IMG/VR virus record: IMGVR_UViG_3300030382_001297
Location: 1 to 64,000 of that record
Length of the DNA: 64,000 nt
DNA from: a virus
Direction: 5' to 3' (one strand)
Shown here: one piece after another, positions 8,939-20,556 of the stretch
Layout of the letters: each line of letters starts with the position of its first letter
How positions within the stretch are numbered: the first letter of the stretch is position 1
The notes under the pieces: generated by a model
What the model saw: the letters and a program-made list of their open reading frames with translations, nothing else
What the model was told of the DNA's origin: nothing
The model's database searches: none
Program-made: the position numbers and the translations under genes

Positions 8939-11900
8939 GTGGTATAATCCCAGAAAATAATACTTTTTATAGAAAAAACACCATATCAACAAGTGGTGCA
9001 ATTAAATTAAATGCTCATTTTAAAGATTTACCTGAATCTGGAACTACTACATGGGATTTAAAAGGTGGTCCTAACGCCAATCGTTATGTAGTTGAAGGAG
9101 AAGTACCTCTTCCCCCTAATTATGGAGGAGGTTCTTTACAAAACGTTTATTTAGAATCCATCGTAAGTGGAACAGATGTTTCAGAATCCTCTATGCTTCC
9201 GACAATATCTACTTATAAGGTTAAAAGTGGGGTTACTATGCTTGAAGGTACAGGGACTCAATTAAGTACTCAGGGTAGTGGAGGAGCAAATTTATTGGTT
9301 TTAGCTCGTACTATAGATAAAAGTCTTCCGTGGGCGGAAGAGACTTTTGATGGTAGTGAAAAGAGTTTAGGAGAAGTTCAGGTATATGGAGTTCCGGGAG
9401 GTAATACACTTTTAGGCGAAAATCCTTATGTAGAAGCTGAAGAGGCATGCAGTCGAATTTATCTGGGTGGAGATTTTTCATTTTTTCACATAGGAGAAGA
9501 TGTAGATGGGGGTTCTGCGGATTTCTTAAGAACTTATTTTGGAAAACAAGAACTTGTTACATCTTCAACTGTAGTTCATGTTCAAACAGGACAGGAATTA
9601 GAAAGTCCTAAGGTAACATCGGCTATACGGGGTAATATGAAAGACAGGAAAATATATATTAAACCTGTTAATAGGAAAAAACCGAGAGGTTTGTGGACCG
9701 CAAGATATGATAATAGAACTGGTCTTAATAAATTTACAGTATTTAAGCCTATATGGAAATTTAGTCAATTAAAATCTATTATAAGATTTGAAAGGAATTC
9801 TGCCCTTCCTAATCAACAAGATACCCCTCAACCAGTTTCAAAAAATAATACAATATTCAATATGGGTGCTCAAAAAACCCCTTCAATATCCAATTCGTGG
9901 GAAGGTAATCCTGATGGAACGGGTTGGTGTGAGAGTTGGTTAGAACTTTCTACTGAAGAATATGAAGATGGGGGTCAGTCATTAAAAATGGCCCATTTCT
10001 GGGATGATGCTTCTGAAAACCCAGCTACTAATAATATTTATGGCTCTCGTTATAAAATAAATCCGCAATTTACACGGATTTGTACAGATTTAGGCCCAAT
10101 GCCGGCCTATTTAGACCAAGCCTTGGCTTCAGCTCAAACAGGGATGGCTGTAGTTAGTGGTAATCAGACTTTAACAGCCCCTGAAATTGATATTAAATTT
10201 AAGATTACAAAAATGGGTACAGCTTTATTTGTGAGCGGAGGAACAAATGCTACTAAATATTCAGTACCTAATTTCACACCCGGCACTTCAGTTGATGCAT
10301 TAAAATCAGTCGACGTTGAGGACACAACCGCTCCTACTACACTTTTACGTAGTTTTACCGTTACATTCAGTAATGGTCCTCCTAAAGATGGAGAAAGCTT
10401 AGATGCATTTCTCGTCAGAACTATATCAGGTTCTTATATTGCTTCGCTTCGGACCCCTGCCACAGGTAATGTGGCGAGGGAACGCTCAGGAATAGTAGGA
10501 GGTGTTACATTTGTTAGATATACAAATAAGGCGGGGCATAAGAAAAATTGCGTGACGGCAACGCCTTTACTCACCGAATGTAGTTTTTATGAATATCCTA
10601 CTTATACTGGAGCCAATACTGAATATGTACAGAAAAATTGTCTTTGGTTTTACAAATCGGGAACTAACGCTGGTGACAGCAATTATGAAGATGTACAATT
10701 AGTTACAATGCCTTACAATTTAGCGGTGGGTAGTGGAGGTTGGAGTTCTAATAGAAGCCCCGCCGATGGAGGAACTACTGCTTCTACTGATGAACCTTCA
10801 GTTCAACTTTCTATGGATGAATGGGTTAATATGAAGATAGTGTGGCATCCAAATTTGAAAGCTACAGCTAATCAGACTACAGGCACTGCGTCTGCTATTG
10901 ATATTAAAAGTAATGGAAATCCTGCTGCTCGTGTATATTTTACACAAGGAGCTTATCAAGATACTGGCATTCTAACCGCTAATGACGAAAATACAAACAC
11001 TATAAATACAGGTGATGAAAAACCACCTTCTTTTAATCTAACTTTCCCTTGTCAAATTTTTCCCGGAGGAGCGGCCTTGTTAGCAAGAACTAGAATGTCT
11101 TTGGGAGATTTAAATAACACATCTGCTAGTCCTTTTGATTTAGATTTCACTAACATAGAAAGACAGTGGCCCCGATATATGACATTATGGTTACAGAATT
11201 ATAGATATGTTAAACCCGGCGATGCTGCAAATAAAGTTTGGGGACAAAATAATGGTGGTGATTCTATTTTAACAGGCGAGCCTCTTAAAGTTGATAGTAT
11301 AAGTCCTCTTAGTATATCTGTAGTTAGTGGTTCTCGCGAAAGTGAGGTTTTTGTAGATTCTATAGCATATAGAGGCTTTAATGGTGAAATTTCTAACGTT
11401 TCAGCTGGTGCGTCATCATTTACTAAACCATTGTCTATAAAGGATGTAGCCCAAAAACGATATTTCTCAAAGGGAAATAATGAAAATTCAACAGATTCTT
11501 TGTGGGCTCAAGAATTCCCTGCATCAGAAGGTGCTAGAATAGAAACAGCATATGCTCCGACTTATATTAGTATAGGATATGAAGATGGTACTGGGTCTAC
11601 CTTTACAGGAGGTACGGCTACCAACAAGGAGAATGTGATGTTATGGAATGGCTTTTCTTATGCCGGAGCATTCTCAGAATTAGCTATTAATGATTATAGA
11701 ACTACCAATGCTTGGTTCAGTACAGTAACGGGAGCTCAAGATATCAGCAATGCTGCATATTCTGATACTGCCAATTTACCAGCTCAACTATTTAGGTCTT
11801 TAGTAAATGATACTACTGCGGTAAGTGATGATGGCAAAAGAGGAGCGACATATGCTTCAGAACTTAATATTAATTCTCAAGAGTCTTCTATTACTAGGCC

Positions 11901-14169
11901 CGGCGGATTCGCGTATGGGTCGGGAAATCATGGAACTGGTACTTTCTCAACAGATGGATGGACTCAAAAGGGAACTATTATGTTCCGAGCCATGTCAGGC
12001 ACTGCTGATGGTACTCAAGCTAGCACAGGAGGAATGTTCAGAGATAGTGGAAGTGGTGTAGTATCTAATTGGGCAAAAACTGTGAATTTTGCGTGTGCGG
12101 CACGCCTTGTGGGTATTCCTTCTTTTGACGAAGATTCACCTTATTTTGATTATAATGGTTATGCGGCGATTGTAGATAACCCTGAAATTTTTGATGAAGA
12201 CCCAGTAGGGACAAATACTTATAAATTTTTCACTCAGTTGGGTTATAGGGTTATTGATAATTTAACAGTTGGCTTTAATTCCTTTGATGACGATTACGGT
12301 GTTATGACCGACGCAATGATGACTGGAACGGCTGCTTATGCTTCAACAGAAACAACTCAAACTAATATTCCAGCAATAAGCCAAGATTTAAAACAGCGTA
12401 AAAAACGTGATAATGATATTATTTTCTTTGATACAAAGATAGACGCCTTTGTAAACAATACAATGATGCCTTATATGTGGATAAGTCCTAAAAAATACTG
12501 GCTCACCTTAGAAATGTGGCCCGGTCAAAGAACTGATGCAGATTCCAGCTTAGACCCATATCAAACTAGTGGTAAAGGAGATATATGGGCTTATGGAGGC
12601 AGCAACGATACTAAAACTTATGATAATATATGTTTATTAAACAGCAATATAGCGGATTTTACATGGACAACTGGTTCTACTTTTAATGAATTCAGATATT
12701 CCTATAATAGTGCAGATGCCACTACTGTCGGAAAATCAGCCCTATATCAGAATACATGGATGTTAGATGTAGGTGCACCAACAGAAAGTGATTTAGAGTT
12801 AGCAACTGATTTTGGCTTTGGGGCATTTAGTGAGGAAAATCAAACTGGAGGAGAAGCTGATATTAAAACTGCTTATCAAGACAGACCTTTAGTAATGGAT
12901 TATACTGCTGTGGCTAAAGAAGTCTCTCCAAAAGAACCCTTCTTAGCTACTCTTCAATTAAATAAACCTACTTCTAATCAGGCAATTATTACTTATGGTA
13001 ACGATTATACTCGTACGGTAACGGATGGTGACGATGCTACAGCAGATGATAGGAAACCTAGATACATTTTTGGTTATAGAGATACTGTTCCTGTTGTTAA
13101 AAATTTAACTGTAAATCCTACTATTAATGTTGTGGGTGGAGATACAAATTTATATGAACTTACTACCGAAAACCTTAATTCTATATCTTTCGAGTGGGAA
13201 GAAGAGGGTGAGGATATCTGGTATAGACTTTTAATGGTGGATAATACTCCTATAGTTAATAAATATACTAACGCTTTATGTTGGATTCCATTTAATGATT
13301 TGCCCGGTAGCAGTGCAGGATATGACCCTCAATATGGTCTAGTGGATGGTAAGGGTGCTTCAACTATTGATTTGTACGCACCATCAGTAAGTGGGACAGT
13401 TGACCCATCTAGCCAGTTAGCTGACCCATATGGACTTGCTTCCGACAGTTATGCACGCCAACGTATAGAAGGACTTGCCGGATATGCGTATTATATGCCT
13501 AACACTACGGGTAGTGATGGAACTAAATTAAATTTCTTCCCTATTGCTCATGCAACTAATGGATTAATGAACGATTCTTCAACTGAATATACAATGATGA
13601 TACATTGTAAACCAGAAAACAACGGGGCTCTCTTTTATAAAGGAAATACTAGTACAGGATTGAATGTTAAATTAGTATCAGGGAAGGTAGTAGTTTCAGG
13701 ACAGGCTGTAACTATGACAGGAACTTCAGTTAATCCTTTGGACGGACAAACTCCTTTAGCAGTTATGGTTACTTATAAGAACGGAAGTCAAATGCCTATG
13801 ACTCTCCATGTTAATGGTCAATTAGAAGACTATGTATCTTCAGGTAGTAGTATAGCCGATTTTAGTTCTACTGCTGTTGCTTATATTGGAAGCGCAGATG
13901 GTTCTGCTACTGACCAATTCAAAGGTTATATCGAAGAATTTATAGTATGGAAAAAACGTATTTATTCTCCAGAAATGCCCGGTTATTTTGAACTTAATAC
14001 AAAGGAATTAACGGAATATAACTCTGGTAATGCAGGTACAGCAGGAGCTTCTTTAACATATCCTCACCATGCAAAAGTATTCGCAATGGATTATTGTAAT
14101 ATTCGTGGAACTTCTACAGGTGAAGTAGGTAGTTCTAGTGATGTAGGATGGAGGACTACGATAGCATGA
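8935..14169 (+). CDS. Large tail/adhesion protein with C-terminal LamG/ConA-like domain
   Basis: 1744 aa, G/S/T-rich; C-terminal VMVTYKNG...LHVNGQL...YIGS...FKGYIEEFIVW. Confidence 0.7.
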   Translation: MSGIIPENNTFYRKNTISTSGAIKLNAHFKDLPESGTTTWDLKGGPNANRYVVEGEVPLPPNYGGGSLQNVYLESIVSGTDVSESSMLPTISTYKVKSGVTMLEGTGTQLSTQGSGGANLLVLARTIDKSLPWAEETFDGSEKSLGEVQVYGVPGGNTLLGENPYVEAEEACSRIYLGGDFSFFHIGEDVDGGSADFLRTYFGKQELVTSSTVVHVQTGQELESPKVTSAIRGNMKDRKIYIKPVNRKKPRGLWTARYDNRTGLNKFTVFKPIWKFSQLKSIIRFERNSALPNQQDTPQPVSKNNTIFNMGAQKTPSISNSWEGNPDGTGWCESWLELSTEEYEDGGQSLKMAHFWDDASENPATNNIYGSRYKINPQFTRICTDLGPMPAYLDQALASAQTGMAVVSGNQTLTAPEIDIKFKITKMGTALFVSGGTNATKYSVPNFTPGTSVDALKSVDVEDTTAPTTLLRSFTVTFSNGPPKDGESLDAFLVRTISGSYIASLRTPATGNVARERSGIVGGVTFVRYTNKAGHKKNCVTATPLLTECSFYEYPTYTGANTEYVQKNCLWFYKSGTNAGDSNYEDVQLVTMPYNLAVGSGGWSSNRSPADGGTTASTDEPSVQLSMDEWVNMKIVWHPNLKATANQTTGTASAIDIKSNGNPAARVYFTQGAYQDTGILTANDENTNTINTGDEKPPSFNLTFPCQIFPGGAALLARTRMSLGDLNNTSASPFDLDFTNIERQWPRYMTLWLQNYRYVKPGDAANKVWGQNNGGDSILTGEPLKVDSISPLSISVVSGSRESEVFVDSIAYRGFNGEISNVSAGASSFTKPLSIKDVAQKRYFSKGNNENSTDSLWAQEFPASEGARIETAYAPTYISIGYEDGTGSTFTGGTATNKENVMLWNGFSYAGAFSELAINDYRTTNAWFSTVTGAQDISNAAYSDTANLPAQLFRSLVNDTTAVSDDGKRGATYASELNINSQESSITRPGGFAYGSGNHGTGTFSTDGWTQKGTIMFRAMSGTADGTQASTGGMFRDSGSGVVSNWAKTVNFACAARLVGIPSFDEDSPYFDYNGYAAIVDNPEIFDEDPVGTNTYKFFTQLGYRVIDNLTVGFNSFDDDYGVMTDAMMTGTAAYASTETTQTNIPAISQDLKQRKKRDNDIIFFDTKIDAFVNNTMMPYMWISPKKYWLTLEMWPGQRTDADSSLDPYQTSGKGDIWAYGGSNDTKTYDNICLLNSNIADFTWTTGSTFNEFRYSYNSADATTVGKSALYQNTWMLDVGAPTESDLELATDFGFGAFSEENQTGGEADIKTAYQDRPLVMDYTAVAKEVSPKEPFLATLQLNKPTSNQAIITYGNDYTRTVTDGDDATADDRKPRYIFGYRDTVPVVKNLTVNPTINVVGGDTNLYELTTENLNSISFEWEEEGEDIWYRLLMVDNTPIVNKYTNALCWIPFNDLPGSSAGYDPQYGLVDGKGASTIDLYAPSVSGTVDPSSQLADPYGLASDSYARQRIEGLAGYAYYMPNTTGSDGTKLNFFPIAHATNGLMNDSSTEYTMMIHCKPENNGALFYKGNTSTGLNVKLVSGKVVVSGQAVTMTGTSVNPLDGQTPLAVMVTYKNGSQMPMTLHVNGQLEDYVSSGSSIADFSSTAVAYIGSADGSATDQFKGYIEEFIVWKKRIYSPEMPGYFELNTKELTEYNSGNAGTAGASLTYPHHAKVFAMDYCNIRGTSTGEVGSSSDVGWRTTIA

Positions 14170-17100
14170 GTTTAACATGGAAATCAGGGTCTTCAACAAC
14201 AACTTCAGCTACAGTTTATACAGATTTAACCGCAAATTTCACCTTTACTAATGATGATGTAAGAGCTTTATATATAGATTGGGGTGATGGACAAGACCCT
14301 GATGGAAATTTTACAACAAATAAAAAATATGCTAATTATCAATGGGTAGAATTTACCGAACCTACAGGAGCAGCTATAGTAAGACATACTTATACAGCTT
14401 CGGGTACATTTAATCCCGTTGTTCAAACCATTAATTCAGAGGGATTTGCGTCAGATTATTACAGCGCTGCCGCTTCAGGTCCTTCTCCTTTCAATCAGAG
14501 GGCTCAAATATCAGGAATGTCCTCTACAGATGGAGAAGCAACAGGAGTAATGAAAATAGAAAATAAAACAATGAATTCTGGTATAGATAATTCTCTTTTA
14601 GAAAGGGAAGGAGCTAAAGATTTATATGTTATTGTAGCTCCTTTAATAGCTTCAGGCAACTTAGACGTAATTAAACATATTAACTTAGACTTAACGGTAG
14701 AAGTAGCCACCACGATGGTAAGCGCTACTGATGCCACTACAGTAGCCGGAGCTGGTAGAAGAGTAGACGTGTTTAGTGTTACTATAAGTGGTAGTAGTTT
14801 ATATGACGGAAGTGGGGCTACTGCTATTGATTTATCAGAAGGACAGTGTGCTCGACTCTTAAAGGTAGAATATAAAAATCCCAAACTCACCATTGAAAAC
14901 ACTAGTGGCGGTATTAATTCAGGTTCAACTTATGACGATTACACAAAAAATAATCTCTTTAATTTTCTTAAAATATTTATTGTAGCGAAGAGTGATGAAA
15001 CTCACGATGAAGGTGGTGCTGATGTAAACAATTATTATCCTCTTACTTATGTTACAGCGGGTTCTCCTATAAAAAGTACAGATGAGCCCGAAAGATATTC
15101 TGTTTTAGATTTTTCTCAAAGTAGGGCTAAAGCCTCAAATGTAGATTTGGCCTTTAGTCGCTATGATATAGGTAAAGTGTGGTTTAATCCCGCTTTTCAA
15201 TGGAATGCTATAACAGGAGCAACTAGTGGAGTATATGAATTTTTTGGGAGCAACACTAGTGGGGCAATTTCAGGTAATATAGGCACTACTAAGCAAGTCT
15301 CTTATACCTATGGAAGTACACGCCCTGATGGGCTTAATGGAGAATACTATGTAGGAGCTACTACTACTCCTAGTATAGCATTTGGTAATGATGCAGATGC
15401 TCATTGGGGCATGGCTGACCAGAAATATAGAATGGACCAGTTCTTAATAGATGAATTTGGTAGATTCACAGACCAATACCATTTAACTAGAGTATCAGTA
15501 CAACCTTCTCAGAGTTCTGTTTCTGAGACAGGAAGCGAAGTAAGCTCAATTAGTAATAACAAACCTCATGCGTTCTGGATGCAGCCGGCCTATCAATGGA
15601 CAGGAGCTTCAGCTGCAAATAGAGAGAAGTCTATATGTAAGATTAATAATGGAGTTGGTGGTGGTGTTCCCGGTGGAGCTACTATGAATTATACTGAAGA
15701 GGCTTTCCAAAACGGTTCTGCCAACCTTGTTTCAATTAGTGGTATGAACAGTGCAGACTATGAATTTGCTGATGGCAGTGATAGAACGACTGATTCTGAC
15801 CCTATCCAATATTTCCTATTACTTTTCACCGGAACCACAAATAAGGTATTTTTCAATATATCTAATTACGGTAATCAAATTATTAATTCTTATCTTTCAG
15901 GAACTTCTTTTACTGACAGCGTCGGTATAGCTGACGTTTCTTATTTACATATAGAAAAATCTGGCACTATCCATCAGAATGTACAGTGGAAATCAGTGCC
16001 TTTCGAGGATACTACTAAAGTAACTCTCCCTTTTAGAGACACCACTAATCAGAAATATATAGACCAAAGTAATTCTTTATCACAATCTGGGTTTGTTCAC
16101 TTTGATATGCCTTTGGATTGGGATAAGGCTAGTTTAACTGATTTGTATGGGGGGGTCGAACCCAACTCTGCATATACTGTTACAGGTACTAGATTACTAT
16201 TAACAGGAGCTTGTGGTACTTCTGCTACTGGTGGAGCAGGTACTGGTGACCAGAACCCAGTTACTCTAAACGCAGATAGTCAAACTTTAGTTGAGACTAC
16301 AAACAGCCTTTCCGATAATAATATAGGGGCTTTTAAATATATATGGGTTACAGAAGGCGGCCCCGGAGCTCAGAAAGGAAGAGCTTATTGGGTTGCTATG
16401 GGGCTTTCTAATGGTTACACTGGGTCTAGTGGTATAATGAATTTACATTATGGAGATACAACCAATGCTATAGAACCTAATGGTACTATCACTGGGTCTC
16501 TACGTAGGATTAATGTTTATGATATACTTACAGGATACAGTAAGGTTTTCCGAGGAGACTCGGCTACTGAGTTATGTCCTGTTGATTGTACCGCAGAATT
16601 TGAGAATGATTTAGTTTTCCATGATGTTACTTCAGGTGCGGAACAAGATTTATATGATGCTTGGAAGGCGGACCAGTTATATGCTTTGAAGATAGGTGTA
16701 AGTGGTACTGTAGGAGCTCATACGTTCCCTAATATATGGAACATCTTTGATGGAAATCAAGGATATGAGGATATTATTACTGAGATAGATGATTCTGCGT
16801 GGAACCTTAATTCTTTACCCATTGTTAGTGATATAGGAGTTACACGACAAGGAGCTTATTATCAAGCTATGACTAGGAAAGGTAAGGTTTTTATTGCTAG
16901 AACTGGAGATGTTATGACTACTCTAGGATTTAGTAGTGTAGCTTTGGGAGACGGAACTCGATTAAATACAGATGGTACGAAACGTGCGTTTACTGATGAA
17001 GGAGGAAGCAGCACCGGACCTTATGGTACTACTAACAGTCTTTATCAACAGCTACATAAGATTAGAAAAATACAAGCTAATAATGTCCCAGTCTATTGGG

Positions 17101-17309
17101 ACTTACAACAAAAAGATGGCACCTTTGTTAGATTCTGGGGGATAGTAACAACTGTTAATGAAACATATGGAACAGGCGGCTCACAGAATGTAGTAGGATA
17201 TAATTTTGATATGAGTATTACTAAAGTAGCTCTTATAGACGCAAATAGTACATTAATGACTGATGTATTCCCACTAGGAGGCGTAGAAGATGCCAAAAAT
17301 TTCACCTAG
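14148..17309 (+). CDS. Tail protein with N-terminal PKD domain and possible distal-tail-like C-terminus (likely start 14166)
   Basis: PKD motif IDWGDG...HTYTASGTFNPVV; lies before the hub gene. Confidence 0.65.
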   Translation: MEDYDSMSLTWKSGSSTTTSATVYTDLTANFTFTNDDVRALYIDWGDGQDPDGNFTTNKKYANYQWVEFTEPTGAAIVRHTYTASGTFNPVVQTINSEGFASDYYSAAASGPSPFNQRAQISGMSSTDGEATGVMKIENKTMNSGIDNSLLEREGAKDLYVIVAPLIASGNLDVIKHINLDLTVEVATTMVSATDATTVAGAGRRVDVFSVTISGSSLYDGSGATAIDLSEGQCARLLKVEYKNPKLTIENTSGGINSGSTYDDYTKNNLFNFLKIFIVAKSDETHDEGGADVNNYYPLTYVTAGSPIKSTDEPERYSVLDFSQSRAKASNVDLAFSRYDIGKVWFNPAFQWNAITGATSGVYEFFGSNTSGAISGNIGTTKQVSYTYGSTRPDGLNGEYYVGATTTPSIAFGNDADAHWGMADQKYRMDQFLIDEFGRFTDQYHLTRVSVQPSQSSVSETGSEVSSISNNKPHAFWMQPAYQWTGASAANREKSICKINNGVGGGVPGGATMNYTEEAFQNGSANLVSISGMNSADYEFADGSDRTTDSDPIQYFLLLFTGTTNKVFFNISNYGNQIINSYLSGTSFTDSVGIADVSYLHIEKSGTIHQNVQWKSVPFEDTTKVTLPFRDTTNQKYIDQSNSLSQSGFVHFDMPLDWDKASLTDLYGGVEPNSAYTVTGTRLLLTGACGTSATGGAGTGDQNPVTLNADSQTLVETTNSLSDNNIGAFKYIWVTEGGPGAQKGRAYWVAMGLSNGYTGSSGIMNLHYGDTTNAIEPNGTITGSLRRINVYDILTGYSKVFRGDSATELCPVDCTAEFENDLVFHDVTSGAEQDLYDAWKADQLYALKIGVSGTVGAHTFPNIWNIFDGNQGYEDIITEIDDSAWNLNSLPIVSDIGVTRQGAYYQAMTRKGKVFIARTGDVMTTLGFSSVALGDGTRLNTDGTKRAFTDEGGSSTGPYGTTNSLYQQLHKIRKIQANNVPVYWDLQQKDGTFVRFWGIVTTVNETYGTGGSQNVVGYNFDMSITKVALIDANSTLMTDVFPLGGVEDAKNFT

Positions 17310-18339
17310 GGTTGCTATAGAAGGAGCTGAGGTAGAATATATAGAAGGTTCTTATTCACAGAATGGAGGAGGTTCAGCAGCTGAATTATCATTTACTCTT
17401 CCTTTAACTTATGGTGGTGGAAAAAAATTATGGAATAGGGAAGTCACTATGTATTTGAATGACCAAGATAGTACTCCTCTTTTCAGGGGTTGGATTAGAA
17501 GAGCAAATCCTACTTTTAATGAAATAGAAATATTAGCAATGGATGCTTTAGGATATTTAGTTAAAGGTGGAGGAGAATCCAAAGCTACGATTAATCTTAC
17601 TCCTACTGATAATCTAGATGGTTATACTGCTGGGGGAGCTATTACTACTGCGATTAAGAAAGCTAAGCTTAATACAAAAATAGGAACTGACATGATAGGA
17701 GACACCAAACCTTCTATCAGTGCTAGTAGACCTCCACTAAGAGGACAAATACATCTAGAAGAACTTGTTAAAAGTCTTGTATCAGCAGCTGTAGATAATT
17801 CTGGTAGTATCCCACGCCCTAATATATATAAATTAATTGATGATGGTAGTCAATCTCAGTTAGTGATAGAACTACAAGCAGATGTAGACACCGACCAAGT
17901 AGTACATGTTTTTACAGAAGAAAATAATATAACAAGTTTATCCATTAATGAGAAAAAAATACCCACTATTATTAATGTAACAGGTAAAGGAGTTAATGGA
18001 ACCTTTTCTCATGACGGAGCTATCACAGCTTTGGATAGAACTTATTTAGAAGTCCAAAATAATGAATTAAAATCTCCAGCGGAATGTGTAGATTTTGGAA
18101 GAAAAATATTTCAAGCCAACCTAAAAGACAGATATGAATATGGTATAGAAGTTACAGAAGGTGCATATCTCATGGAAAATGATGTTATCAGAGTAGAAAC
18201 AAGTGATAGGAATTTTACGGGTAATTATAGAGTTATAGGAAAGAGTATATCTTTTTCTCCTTCTGATTTCAGTATAGGTATTGTTATTAATAAGAAACCA
18301 CCAACACTGGCGGAATATATATCTGCTAGAGATAACTAG
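17290..18339 (+). CDS. Baseplate hub / tail tip protein
   Basis: 349 aa; LFRGWIRR...ILAMDALGYL and NDVIRVE...GNYRVIGKS patterns; last gene of the tail module. Confidence 0.6.
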   Translation: MPKISPRVAIEGAEVEYIEGSYSQNGGGSAAELSFTLPLTYGGGKKLWNREVTMYLNDQDSTPLFRGWIRRANPTFNEIEILAMDALGYLVKGGGESKATINLTPTDNLDGYTAGGAITTAIKKAKLNTKIGTDMIGDTKPSISASRPPLRGQIHLEELVKSLVSAAVDNSGSIPRPNIYKLIDDGSQSQLVIELQADVDTDQVVHVFTEENNITSLSINEKKIPTIINVTGKGVNGTFSHDGAITALDRTYLEVQNNELKSPAECVDFGRKIFQANLKDRYEYGIEVTEGAYLMENDVIRVETSDRNFTGNYRVIGKSISFSPSDFSIGIVINKKPPTLAEYISARDN

Positions 18340-18623
18340 TTACGTGGATATTGGGCGCTAGGTAATTGTGGTTGTCCTGAACCAGATACATTATTCAATC
18401 TGTTAGTTCCCCATGCATTTCCAGCTTGACCATTACCGCCGCTTGATTCTCCATTACCTGCATACATAGTACGATAAGTAATTGTACCTGCTGGCATTGA
18501 AGTTCCATCACCTTGTACACCAAGATAGTGTACACTGTCTAATCTACCTTCTCCGTTTCCACATGCGTTAAGGCCCATCTTACGGCCATATCCTGTTATG
18601 TCTGTTGCGTCGCTCCATCCCAT
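18336..18623 (-). CDS. Small Gly/Asn-rich hypothetical protein
   Basis: 95-aa ORF directly downstream of RNR, converging on the tail operon. Confidence 0.55.
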   Translation of the reverse strand: MGWSDATDITGYGRKMGLNACGNGEGRLDSVHYLGVQGDGTSMPAGTITYRTMYAGNGESSGGNGQAGNAWGTNRLNNVSGSGQPQLPSAQYPRN

Positions 18624-18625
18624 GT

Positions 18626-20491
18626 TTAAATCTCACATTTGTCGCCCATACAAGCATACTCAGCTTTTCCTTGAGTATTGTCATTCATTTCGTATTTCGA
18701 CAACTGTCTATAATCTATTCGGGGTAGCTTCTTTATAAGCCTTTCGTAGGTTCTATGGTCGATTTCCTCATAAGGGGCCAATTTATAATGTCCTCCATCG
18801 TAAGGTAGGAAGGAAACTCCGTTAATGATATCCCAGTTTTGATATACCCAATTACCTACTTCAAACCATTCATCATCTCTGACGTATACAGTCATACTAG
18901 CATTATGTTCACACCAGTTATGTTGTAAGTTTTTATAATGTTTTAATTGGTCTAACGCAGTTACATCCTTTCGAGTTATACAATTTTCAGGAGATTTAAC
19001 AGGAAATTCTAATACCCAAGTAGAAACATTCCTTTTAGTCTGTCCATTTTCAGGATTACATTTTATCCCTGAGTCCTTCATTAATTTAAATAAGGGGTCT
19101 CTGTCTGCAATTCTATAGCGTCGGATGTAGTAATCTGACCAACGTGGATGTACTCCACTAGAAGAATCTACTAATTGTGAAACTGTGCCTGAAGGCTTGA
19201 CACAAGTAGTGGCAGATGGCATCTTTGTACCGAGGATACTCGAAGCTTTGCGAGAAATGCGTAAAACGCGGCTTTTAAGGGCCTTTAAAGCCTCCGAAGT
19301 CATCAAGGTGGGGTTATCCATCTGTCCGGTCAAACTAACGCCTAGAAGCGCTTCTATGTCACAATTCTTTTTCCAGCCTTCTCTAAGGTATGGAAAGTAG
19401 GTAAATGAGCTCTGTATAACACCGAGCCATGTAGCAGTCTCTACCTTATCTAAAAGGGTATCTAAATTATCCTCTGCTCTAACAACCACTTCGCTTAGGT
19501 TACAGAACTCCATATCTCTAAGCATTATCTCACCACAAGGGTTAGTACCCTGTATTAATGGAGCATATCTGCGTGATGGAGCTTTGCTCTGTGCAGCTTG
19601 GAGATTAAATATACCTCTCTCTCCTGTGCCTGATAGAGCTAATTCTGCCCATTCTTTTAGAAATTGTCCTGCTGAGGGCTTTTCTCTATATATAGCGCTA
19701 TTGTTTGCCATAGCACGTTTAATAGGGAAAGGCCACTCTTTTGCATGACGCATGTCTTCATCATCAAGGCCACTCAAAGAGATTTGTGAGCTGCGTCTAA
19801 CTCCACCCACTACCACGATTTCAGCAATTTGATTACAAATATCATGAGCTTCCAACGTTGTGAGCTTTCGACCTTGGGCATTATGCATGGTTTCACGAAT
19901 GAAATCATGTAACTTAATAAGAGGAGCTGGACCTGAGGCACGACCTCCCATAGTGCGTAAGCGAGCTCCCTCTGGTCTAATTTGAGAATAATCAAAATGT
20001 ATGTTTTGACCATCATATAAATTTTGCATGAGCATCTTCACAGAGTCTGACCATCCAGCTTTGGAATCAAAGATAGGGATTTTGTCTAACGCTCTCCCCG
20101 ATTTAATTTCCGGAATATCCGGAAGTTTATCCACTTCTTCCTTCTCTACTGAAAAACCAAAGCCAGTCCCACACATTAGGATGTAAAGACACTCGGCAAA
20201 AGCTTCAACACAATTTATTTTAGTAAAGGAGCAGTTATAAATGCATGTGTTATCAAACTTAGCAGCTGGTCCTGCTGCCCATAAAAATCTCATTGACGGC
20301 ATTACGCCGAATTCTTTCATGTACTTTCTAATTTTATTAACCGTTTTCTCAGGTATCTCTGGCCTCTCTGAATAGATGAAATCTAAAAATCTCTCTATGG
20401 TTTCGGGCCACTCTTCTCTTCTTTTATCCTCATCAATCCAACGAGAATATGTTCTCTTATATATAAATTCTGCTACTTCGTTTTTAAACAT
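18626..20491 (-). CDS. nrdJ: Class II (adenosylcobalamin-dependent) ribonucleotide reductase
   Basis: RTYSR, PSMRFLW, TNPCGEI, FCNLSEV, TTCVKPSGTVSQL and a C-terminal CxxxxC pair; no beta subunit present. Confidence 0.92.
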   Translation of the reverse strand: MFKNEVAEFIYKRTYSRWIDEDKRREEWPETIERFLDFIYSERPEIPEKTVNKIRKYMKEFGVMPSMRFLWAAGPAAKFDNTCIYNCSFTKINCVEAFAECLYILMCGTGFGFSVEKEEVDKLPDIPEIKSGRALDKIPIFDSKAGWSDSVKMLMQNLYDGQNIHFDYSQIRPEGARLRTMGGRASGPAPLIKLHDFIRETMHNAQGRKLTTLEAHDICNQIAEIVVVGGVRRSSQISLSGLDDEDMRHAKEWPFPIKRAMANNSAIYREKPSAGQFLKEWAELALSGTGERGIFNLQAAQSKAPSRRYAPLIQGTNPCGEIMLRDMEFCNLSEVVVRAEDNLDTLLDKVETATWLGVIQSSFTYFPYLREGWKKNCDIEALLGVSLTGQMDNPTLMTSEALKALKSRVLRISRKASSILGTKMPSATTCVKPSGTVSQLVDSSSGVHPRWSDYYIRRYRIADRDPLFKLMKDSGIKCNPENGQTKRNVSTWVLEFPVKSPENCITRKDVTALDQLKHYKNLQHNWCEHNASMTVYVRDDEWFEVGNWVYQNWDIINGVSFLPYDGGHYKLAPYEEIDHRTYERLIKKLPRIDYRQLSKYEMNDNTQGKAEYACMGDKCEI

Positions 20492-20556
20492 TTTTTACCA
20501 CTCCTTTTGCGGTTCATTACTATAGGTTTAGCCCCTATAAAAGGCTTACTACAAAC

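Noticed and set aside
8935-17309. Diversity-generating retroelement targeting tail proteins
   Set aside because: No reverse transcriptase in the window and no template/variable repeat pair noticed.
5534-19400. Antisense and alternate-frame ORFs inside long genes (e.g. 7162..7704, 14504..14902, 19185..19400)
   Set aside because: Shadow ORFs of well-supported genes, with no RBS or motifs.
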